DNA of 61,391 bases, filler included, from Platydemus manokwari (taxonomy: Eukaryota), in the NCBI GenBank assembly GCA_037951405.1. It is 6 parts of 6 records of this genome, joined end to end, with 100 filler letters (N's around TTAATTAATTAA, not from the genome) between each part and the next. Parts side by side here need not be neighbours in the genome. Positions count along the whole stretch, not along the records: positions 51,882 to 61,391 come from JBBMOY011238986.1; 5 more parts are not named here. One strand, written 5' to 3'. The position numbers and the translations under genes were made by a program. This document shows, piece by piece, positions 52,194-61,391 of the stretch (the first letter of the stretch is position 1; each line of letters opens with the position of its first letter). The notes below the pieces were generated by a model. That model saw only the letters and a program-made list of their open reading frames with translations, had not been told where the DNA came from and did no database searches.

Positions 52194-52819
52194 TGAAAAA
52201 CTATACCATGTAGGCAAAAAGCCTGAAATTTTATCTAAAAAATGGGGATCGTTCACTTCCTACCCTGCAATGTCCGTCGTTAGAAGAAGAGAAGAGAGTT
52301 ATTTGTCAATTTAGAGAAGCTAAGTCGATAAACGTCATCAGACGACATATGACACTCAGCATATGAAATTTATCCGAGGAAAACCATACAGAACGAAACG
52401 TCTTACAAAAAATCCAATCCAAATCTTGAAGGAAAGAGATTTTATTATAAAGGAATATCATCAAAAACCAGTTAATCACATGAAATCTCCAAACAATGCG
52501 AGACCAACAAAATCAATGAAGGCTATTGCATCTAAATTTTACAACAATTTTATAGGAAAATCCGCGCCATATTGTGATTATTTAAAACTGGGAGCTTATT
52601 TTGTTTAGGTTATCTTTGGCATCGGAAGTATGCATGTCCTCTACGGAATAAATGTTTAACATTCGAAAAGAAATTCATCCGTTCAGAGAATGTCATTTAG
52701 CTAGAAAGTCTAGCTATAATAGTTCGAGGAAAATGCTATGCATCCATGACGAAGAAGATGAAGCCGATATTTAAATCGAAAGTGAAGCAAGTAATTTTGT
52801 TAGCTTACTCTGCATAGAG

Positions 52820-53670
52820 GAGGAAAATCTGTCATCAACTTCGTATGCCTATCTCGTCAATATGTTTGAGTAAATAGGACAATATCAACTGGAGATAGAA
52901 TGGAAGTAAAGAAGGAAGACGACAAGAGGAAAAGAAAGCATTGGACTTGGTGTAATGCGCAAAAGTTTTCTACATAATACATATAGGCCAAGCATTTTCT
53001 CAGGCCACGATTGAGCAAGATTCCTACCTGAGAACAGCGTTCAGCATTAGAACTGAGAATTTCAAAGATTTGATATACAAATGCGTTTTTGTTTATCTTG
53101 ACGATATTTAAGTGTATAGAAGAACAGTAGAGGAACACAATGAGAAACTTGTCAAGTATTCAAATTGATCAAATCATCAGGTTTGAAAATCAATTCCGAA
53201 AAATGTGTATTTGAAACCAAAAAATTGAATTTCCTGGGTCATACAGTTAGTGCAGAAGGTATAGAAACTAATAACAACACGAAAATTAAAGAAGAAAAAT
53301 GTGAGAAAAATTTGAGAACCTAAATTAACGTTTATGTAGAGCTCCAATTTAGTCCTTTCTAGATCTTTTTAAAGATGATTTTAGATACCAATGCTAGTTT
53401 CGGAGCGATTGGTGGCGTTCTAAGTCAGTTGAATGTAAATGAAAACGAGAGAGTAGCAGACTATGCTTCTAGAACTCTTTAAAGTCATGAAAAGGCTTAT
53501 TGCATCACTAGATAAGAACTCTTGTCAATCCATGAGTTTACTATGCATTTTAAGCATTATCTACTGGGTAAAAAATGTATGACTAAAGCTGATCACAAAG
53601 CCTTGACATACATTAAGAAAACTAACAAACTGATTAGCCCTTAGTTTAAAACATGTTTAAAGAATTTTGT
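52820..53670 (+). mobile_element. Ty3/Gypsy reverse transcriptase-RNase H remnant
   Basis: KCVFVYLDDI (YLDD at 53094-53105), EEH, GLKINSEKCVF...FLGHTVSAEGI, then DTNASFGAIGGVLSQ, YASRTL, ELLSI, FKHYLLGK, DHKAL; several stops and frameshifts. Confidence 0.95.
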
Positions 53671-53688
53671 TCACAATACTTAACTAAG

Positions 53689-54400
53689 CACTGGTTTATA
53701 AACTTATTCTGATTCAATAGACCTAATTTGCTGGATAGCTTAAAGATAGCAGGATGTATTGCCTCCATAATTGCAAGATTGACAATCCAGTTTAGATCGA
53801 CTTTATAATTTTAATTATGTACTAGTTGAACTGAGTTTAAGCTAAAGTTTGTATGGCGTTGTTTTAAATAATGTTCTGTCTTTTGTTTGTACACATTCTT
53901 TGACCGCATAATCTCAATTAACCATACCATTACTCTGAATGTAGATTTTAACTTTTACATGTTCAGATGTGCATAACCCATTCTATTTCTTTGCTTGATT
54001 TTAATGGAATTCATTAAACTAAATCCCCTTCCACAGTCTGCAATTGATACCAAAAATTTCTAAGCAATGTCCAAAAACTTTGCCAAATCAGAATATTCTT
54101 GACTTTTATAAGTAAGTTGCACAAATTTTAAAAAACTGTTCAAAGATTTTGATTTCAATTTTTTAGGATCAAATTTGAAATTATTGTACCGTTCTCTTAA
54201 AACGCGCTTTGATGTGGTAAGAAAAATCAAATATTTCTTATACAGAGTGATTTCGTCATTTCCAAACTCAAAACTCATAATCTGATTTCAACTTTTTCAC
54301 ATAAAATGCCACCCAATCTTGAATTTCAATGTCTGAAAATCTGTTTTCCAAATGAAAACACACTCCTTCAATAAAAGTTTCAAGTCATTATTCAACCTTT
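53689..54400 (-). mobile_element. hAT transposon 3' part (transposase dimerisation domain plus probable terminus)
   Basis: LENRFS...FGNDEI...YSDLAKFLDIA*KFLVSIADCGRGFSLMNSIKIKQRNRM matches hAT S.A.CERGFS.MN.IK...RNR; CACTGGTTTATAAACTT at 53689 resembles a hAT TIR. Confidence 0.85.
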
Positions 54401-54799
54401 TTGCAAACCCACGAAAGGAAGTAGCCTTGGTAGCACGTGAATTTTTTTATCTTTTAATACAGATCAAAGACGCAGAATGACAAAGGGGCGGTTTACCACA
54501 CCATGTACGATTATCACGGATTTATATCATAAAATCATAATTTTTTTCGTTGTTAAATACATGAAAAATCCAATCTCAAAACCGCTATTTAAACTAAGTT
54601 TTTGAAATTGAGCCAGTACATAGATGTTTGTCCTGTTCAGTTTATCAAATATTTTGCAGTGGAAATACCTCTTGTTTGGTTTTAATATTCAGTGAAATTT
54701 TGCTCATATTTCAAACATATTCAGCAGTGTTTATTTATGTGCGACAACTTCTAATTTTCTTGAAATTCCTCATTTATTTCATTTATTATTTTTTGAGTA

Positions 54800-55044
54800 T
54801 TAATTAACAATAAAATCTGAAAATTATAAGTTAAACTACTTTTATCACAAGTTCAATTCTGTAATAGATACGGTTAAAGTAGTGTCTCAATAAAATAAAA
54901 AAATATAACGCAAGACAAAAATGGCACTCAAAAGTCAAACAGATTATAGAAGACAACCAATAAGACTGGCTGCTGTAAAATCACGCAAAGTCTAAGAACA
55001 GTATAAAGGTTTTCGACTACACAAAATACCTAGAAGCTCAGGAA
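54800..55044. repeat. Dispersed non-coding repeat, copy 2 (copy 1 at 37609-37850)
   Basis: TAACAATAAAATCTGAAAATTATAA...TCAAACAGATTATAGAAGACAACCAATAAGACTGGCTGCTG. Confidence 0.85.
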
Positions 55045-56951
55045 GTAATGGAATTAACTGTGGGCATGTGCGTTTAAGAATCTGTACGTGTCAACCCTTT
55101 GAGAGTTACTTCCATTTTCCTCTGAATATTTTGGCTGTTTTTTGAACTACCTAACAATAATGTCTCACTTTTCTACAATGTTCTTGCTGAAATAACCACA
55201 GCACTTTAGCTAATTCCTCGTACATTTAAAAATTCTTGCAATTATAATTTCACATTTTTTATCGAGCTAGTTTAGTTAGATTATGGTTAAACGTAGTTTA
55301 ATCCAATATAAAATCCGATAAAAATCCTGACAAGTTGATATATATTTTCTTAATTTTTTTAAACTTGTTTCAACGTATTTTCATTACTAATAGTAATATT
55401 AATAAGAATAATAATAAGAATAAATTACGTAAAATTATTAAAACATAATCACTTACTAAAAATATAATTTGCATTATCAATAAATAATGAAGAATATCCC
55501 AATAATTAAAAAAAATTGGATGATGATTAATTAAAAGATAAAATTAATAACCAGAATATATTTGAATTACAAAATATAAAAATAAATATTTTAAAAATAA
55601 ATGTACCTGCTGGAAATAACTTTTACTTAAATACATAAAGAAAATTTTTATAATAAATATTTTTTTATACTCAAGTAAAATGGATGGGAAAATTCCAATT
55701 ATTTTCCCAACTACAAAATATAAAATTATTTCATTTAGTAAAGCATATCAGGTTCATTTATAAAAAAATTTGAACGTTGTAATAAATAAAAAAACGAATA
55801 ATACATAAATAATTTAATTATAAATTTAAGCGTGGTAAATATTGCATACAAATTATAGAAGTAATTAGGCCTTCGACTAGTATTAATATTTTATAATTTT
55901 AAAATTATAATTATTGATAATTCCACAAATCGATAAGTCATGAAATTTTATTTTATTTCAAATTTCGAATCCGGCTATTATTAATTTGCAGCAATGATGA
56001 CTAAAATGTTATGTTTTTATTATACGCCCACAGTAATCTCGATAGCAGTGTGGTTATTTAAAATTTACTAAGTTCTACCTATTATCTTCCAACTTATTTT
56101 TTAACCACAGGGGTTTCTGGCTAACTAGTCGGCCACACCTGACTGTTCTCCTGACGGTTTTATACGTTAACAATAGAATTGTACCTTTAGTGTATTAAAA
56201 ATTCCGATTTATATTGTTAATAAATTGATTTTTTTGTATTCGTTTATTTAATAATTTATTTTCATATTTATCAAGATAAGTTTATATTTCACCTGACTAT
56301 TTATATTTTAAATATTATTAGTAGCATACGAGAGTGATTCGAACAGTTCCACAAATATATAATTTTCGGAATTCAAATAGGGACTAGATTCAACAATTCA
56401 GCTTTGTCTCTTTTCGACATCTTGAATGAAGTATTTTTGGTGCACGGGGCTAAATAATTTATATTTACAAAATGATATTCATTAGTAACCTAACAATGAA
56501 TAAATATTGACAATTTTTATAAATATGAAAACCAACGATTTAAAATTATTTATTGAGATACAACAAAATGTGTAGATTCGTCACCAATGAAGAAATATCT
56601 TGGCTTAGAAATATAATTGAAGGCCTAAATATTGAAATTTTGAAAGTGCCCAATATAGTAGCGGGAATCGAATACATGTTTTTGATTGTTAAAGATAATT
56701 TTTGGTTTTTAATTTAAACTTAAATTTTATGTAAAAATTTTATTAAAATATGATTACAATTAAATTTTTAAAATCAAATAACTCACGAAAAGTCATCACT
56801 TTAAAAATGGATTAAAGGACACATTTTCTTAACTTAAGCCGAAAAATCAAATTGAAGGATTAATACTGAATGAAGTTAACTCGATATTTAATTTTTTCTG
56901 AAACTCCTTTATCGATTGATAAAAGCAATTCATTATTGAAATAATAACCAC

Positions 56952-57646
56952 ATAATTTTTAAAACCAGATATATTTAGTATATTTTTATCTAAAATTTTA
57001 AAATCACATTTATTTCACTATCATTGTTTTTATTCTCAAAATTATATTTAATAATTTTTCAGTTTTCATATCATTATAAAATACCAAATGATTTATATCT
57101 CCTAATTTTGCGATAAAAATTTTGCATAGTACATCTTTATATTTGAAAATCTTTATTGTTTACGTTGCAAGGACAACTTTATCCTACATTTGTGCTCTCT
57201 CGTATTTGTTCAGAGGATCTATTTTACTCAGCAAAACAGTAATGAAAGCAAATTTTCGTCAATGATATACTTAAAAAGAGAATCATAACTAAAATACAAC
57301 GTTTTGTCAGATTATATATAACATTTTTATAGATAAGAGCATTTGATAGAAATAAATTTCCTAGCGTGTTAGCGAATATTTGAAAGTAATGAATAATTGA
57401 GAGTAAATGGATGTCTCGGATAAGTTCTCAACCGAGACTCATGGTATAAAAAAAGGTTTTGTCTTCAATTATCAAAATTGTTAATTTAATTAATTCCGGA
57501 ATCATTTGGTAACACTAGACAAATATAGAAAGAATTTTAACAATATTTTGTACGACATAAATTTCATTTATGGTTAAATATTTATAAGTTTATAAATATT
57601 TATAATGATATTTATTATAGTTGGCAATTTGTTTAACTGAAGCAAT
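56952..57646. repeat. Diverged direct repeat, copy 1 (copy 2 at 60709-61319)
   Basis: Shared collinear blocks ATAATTTTTAAAA.CAGAT, TTTCATATCATTA.AAAATACCAAAT.ATTTATATC, GACAACTTTAT, AGAATTTTAACAATATTT, CAATTTGTTTAACT. Confidence 0.85.
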
Positions 57647-57937
57647 TTCATAATCATTTCAAGAGTAGATATACTTATTGGTTGATTTAATAAAAAGTAA
57701 TTATTAAATATATATTTTCATTTTTACATTTGAACTACACGTTAATTTTTCACGCTTATTAATTATTTAATTTAAATTTATTAGAAGATGATTTTAAATT
57801 AGTTTTAGAATTACTGTGAAGATATTTTAGTATCAATAAATGAAATAAATCATCTGATAATTTGTACATTATTTAGTTTCAACTGGCTGATAGTGAATAA
57901 TATTTATTTTTTGATGAACTTTAGATTTAATATTGAA

Positions 57938-59500
57938 ATGGAGAGAAATAAATTCGAAAATATGTGGCGCATAATGAAACAATATGATCTGGAATTAGTC
58001 GAAGAAATAAGTAATGATTGCATGTGCACAATTTGTAAAAAAATATTGATTAATTCATATATTGGACCATGTGAATGTCGATATTGTAAAGTATGTATTG
58101 ATGAATATTTAAAGGACGGAAAAAGTGTTTGTCCAGGAAACTCAGAAAATTGCAAAGATCAGATATTACAAATTGACTCTTATATATATTTTGATTATGC
58201 ATCTAACAATAAAATCTCGAGAAAATTAGTAAAATGCCCAATATCGACTTGCAATGCAAAAATTAAATTACAGGTGATTGAAAATCATTTACGAATTTGT
58301 GATAAAAAACCAGTGTGTTGTCCATATAAAATGATTGGATGTGAGAATGATAAATTATTGTATGAGATTTATTCTCATACGAAATTATTAATGGAATCGA
58401 TAAATATATTACATAATGATAATCAATCAATTAAAGATAGTTTTGATAAGATGATATTAGAAAATATCGATTTAAAAGAACAATTGAAAATAAACTGACG
58501 TAAAATATTTATTTGATGAATTCAGTTTATTATTGATTATTTCAGTTAATTATTCGAGATTTGCAGAAACGTGAAGACAGCAACTATATTAAAATAGAAA
58601 AATTGAATGAAGAAATGGTTTTTTGAAAATCAAAACTGAATTTTAAGATTAGAGTTGGAACAATGAAAGGAATAAACAAGTGAAATTAATACATAAATCA
58701 TCGATACGTGATGTTTAAAAAATCGATATATTTGTTTTTAGATTTCAGAATTGATGATGAAAGTCGACAATCAAAATGTAGAAATCGATGAAATGAAACA
58801 AATCGATGCAATGAGATGTGAAAATCAAACGGTTAATTTATTTATTAATCAATTATTAATCGCAATATTTATCAGATTGTCGAGATCAAATTGAATGAGA
58901 TCTTGCAGAGCAGTGACAAAATGAAAACAGAAAACATGTAAACAAATCAAATTATTGATGAAATGATAAATGAAATCGAAGATTTAAAAGATCAGTCTAG
59001 TGTGTTGCGAGAAATGTTTGACAGAACGAGATCCGAGGAATTCATTTGGAAAATTGAAAATTGGGCAGACAAAAGACTACAGGCACAAAATGACATCGAC
59101 TAAGAAATTTACACCGATTGTTTTTACTCTCATAGTAACGGCCATAAAATGTGCCTTCGATTGTATCGAGATGGAGATGATGATGGAAAAGGACCTCATT
59201 TATCGATTTATATCCACATCATGATGGGGTCATTTGATGATGTTCTCGAATGGCCATTCAAACATGATGTGGAGTTTTCGCTAATCGATCAATACACTGG
59301 CCGTGTGCATGTGGCAAAGAAATTGAAATATTCCAATTGTCCTGATGATGATGTTTGGGGCATATCAATAAGCGAGATTAATCGGGTATGGTTTCCCTGA
59401 ATTTATAAAGCTGGGAGAAATATAGGCCAATCCAGCACTGTGCTCGAGTGATCAGATATTCTTAAAATGCTTTGCCAAAAGAGTCTCGAATAGCCAATGA
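57938..59500 (+). pseudogene. TRAF-like: TRAF-family (RING, zinc finger, coiled coil, MATH) unprocessed pseudogene
   Basis: RING CTIC...PCECRYCKVC...CP; zinc fingers CPISTC..HLRIC, CPYKMIGC; MATH FIWKIENW, FYSHSNGHKMCLRLY.DG.G.HLSIY, FDDVLEWPF, GYGFPEFI, DQIFLKC. Introns 58500-58545, 58680-58741, 58832-58875. Lesions: TGA 58496, frameshift/stops near 58620-58652, TAA 58939, TAA 59101, frameshift near 59383, TAG 59423. Confidence 0.9.
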
Positions 59501-60425
59501 AAACATTCTCCATCACTCAATTAATGGTGTGACTGAGTTTTCTGTTTTATTTGAAATTGAAAAATCTTTCCAAATAAATTTAAATCATTTGATATTCATG
59601 AAAAATTAAAAATTTTATCAATCGATAATTTTCTTTTTAATTTAAAAAATATTCCAAAGTTTATCTAAAATAATTTTATCTAAATAAATTTTACAGATAA
59701 AATAAAAAAATTTAAATTATTAAATTTTCATGAATTCTATTTTTATGTATTATTATAAATTATTTTACTGTTACATCCGGAAATTGAGCATCGTGATTCA
59801 CATGATAAGTTGATATGATTTTATATCTTTCACATTATTCTGATTCATGTTGTTTGTATATCGATTCGATTCACGATGATACATGGCTTTATGAATTATT
59901 AGATGAAATAAATCTCAAGCACAGTGTTAAAGCATTTGATACAATCGATTCATATGATCTAATGTTGCAGCTTATAATGAGATTAGAACAACATAACAAA
60001 GTTTATTGATTCCATAAATCGGCAACTATATCTAGAGTAAATCTGGGAGCTTGAATTTTTATTGCTCACTTAATAAAAAAATCTTAGTGCTTTCGAGTTG
60101 TCAAAGAATTATCATATCTTCAAGTAAAACGCAATGACTATACAGAATTCAGATTCTTAAGTTGATTTAAATTAGCTGAGGTTTACTGTACTTTACTAAA
60201 GAGAAGTAAGGAAATTACTATCATAACACAAACCATCTCACAAAAACCAATTTCTAGAACACAAATCTTCATTAAATTAGTGCTCTAATGCCTGATTTCA
60301 TAACAGTATATTTTATAAACTGATTATATGTTCCAAAGGTTTTATTTATTTTTAGTGTTTTTCATACCATTTCTGTCATCAAATGGGGAGATTACATCTT
60401 TTTCTTGTTTATAATAATATATTTA

Positions 60426-60690
60426 TTAAATAAGTGATGCTAAATCTTTATTAATATATTTTACCGTCACATCATTATAGGAGGAGGCCATGTTTAAAAT
60501 CTTCTTCACGATTCTTATTTTTTTATTTATTCTATTAATTCTTTGAAAATCGATTTTCACTGTGATTATGTTAAATACTTTTGAATTTACAAAATAAGCA
60601 CTAATAACGCTTTTCACCGTTGAATTTAAATATTTTAATCCTCTTAAATACCTCATAAACCACCTTCAATTTGATATATAATTTATTAAA
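60426..60690 (-). mobile_element. Possible Polinton protein-primed DNA polymerase B C-terminal remnant
   Basis: LRGLKYLNSTVKSVIS.YF...VFN...FQRI...KKIRIV...SSYND resembles the K.KG....V...I....Y...RI......K..S..DD tail. Confidence 0.3.
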
Positions 60691-60708
60691 TTAGTTTAGT
60701 AGATCATT

Positions 60709-61319
60709 ATAATTTTTAAAATCAGATTCATTTGTTATATTTGTATTTTCAGAAAATTTCAAATAATCTTCAATTTTTCTCCCACAGTTTTTATTCCACA
60801 GTGTAACGCTTAATAAAATTTCAGTTATTTCATATCATTACAAAATACCAAATTATTTATATCGGCTAATTTTGTTATCAAATATTCTGTATTATAAATT
60901 TTCAAAATTTGAAAATCGATAATACCTCAGTTAATGAGACAACTTTATGTTGTATTTGTGTTCTTACATATTATACAAAAGGTCTTTTTTTACTCACGAA
61001 AGCAGTTATTAAGGCTTTGGTCAATGCTCCAGTTAGTAAACTTTCTATGCATGCTGTAATTAGAAGTAATTTCTGCTTTATGCTATTTGAATCTATGGTG
61101 TTTATATTATATTTCCATGTCTAACTTTCTTATTTTTACTAATTTCCTACATCACTATGATTAATGCTTTTAATTAATTTTGGAATCATATGATGACACG
61201 ACATAAATATGAACAGAATTTTAACAATATTTTGTTAGAAATAAAATTCATTTTAGTTTAAATATTTATAAGTTATAATAAATGTTGTTATGGTTACCAA
61301 TTTGTTTAACTAAGGCAAT
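60709..61319. repeat. Diverged direct repeat, copy 2 (copy 1 at 56952-57646)
   Basis: Same collinear blocks as copy 1; homology stops at a TA followed by a mariner-like end. Confidence 0.85.
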
Positions 61320-61320
61320 A

Positions 61321-61391
61321 TTAGGCTGAGTCAAAAGTTATTCATGTTTTTTAGTTGTTTAAAGTTTTTGTTTTACCAAATCATTTAAACA
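61321..61391. mobile_element. Mariner-like terminal inverted repeat, running off the window
   Basis: TA (61319-61320) then TTAGGCTGAGTCAAAAGTTATTCATGTTTT, resembling cecropia-type TIRs, exactly where the repeat homology breaks. Confidence 0.55.

Noticed and set aside
57938-59500. Alternative genetic code explaining TRAF in-frame stops
   Set aside because: Frameshifts co-occur, all three stop types appear, and the two long genes are stop-free under the standard code.
59815-60009. ORF containing KAFDTID (non-LTR RT-like)
   Set aside because: Single short motif without flanking RT motifs.
1-61391. Prokaryotic systems (CRISPR, operons, defence islands), rRNA, tRNA
   Set aside because: Spliceosomal introns, metazoan genes and eukaryotic transposons throughout; no such features seen by eye.

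Overview
AT-rich eukaryotic (metazoan) DNA. It is probably a freshwater planarian; this is inferred from 43-62 bp GT-AG introns, composition, and the style of the TRAF and mariner sequences. The window is not one continuous locus: six contig pieces are joined by five identical 100-bp artificial spacers (N44-TTAATTAATTAA-N44). Genes: (1) an intronless 1340-aa orphan ORF with one C-terminal transmembrane helix (2516-6538, -); (2) a two-exon CSPP1 orthologue (32420-35402, -), whose conserved first exon is missing from the ORF track; (3) an intron-containing RING/zinc-finger/coiled-coil/MATH TRAF gene with several stops and frameshifts (57938-59500, +), likely a pseudogene. The rest is mostly decayed transposons: Ty3/Gypsy pol fragments, a hAT MITE and hAT transposase tail, mariner ends, possible Copia, LINE and Polinton remnants, and microsatellites. 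I cannot support a complete new biological system. The best leads are an unclassified protein-coding repeat family in up to five decayed copies (two share an in-frame TAG at the same codon) and the large orphan tail-anchored protein. All alignments were done by eye.
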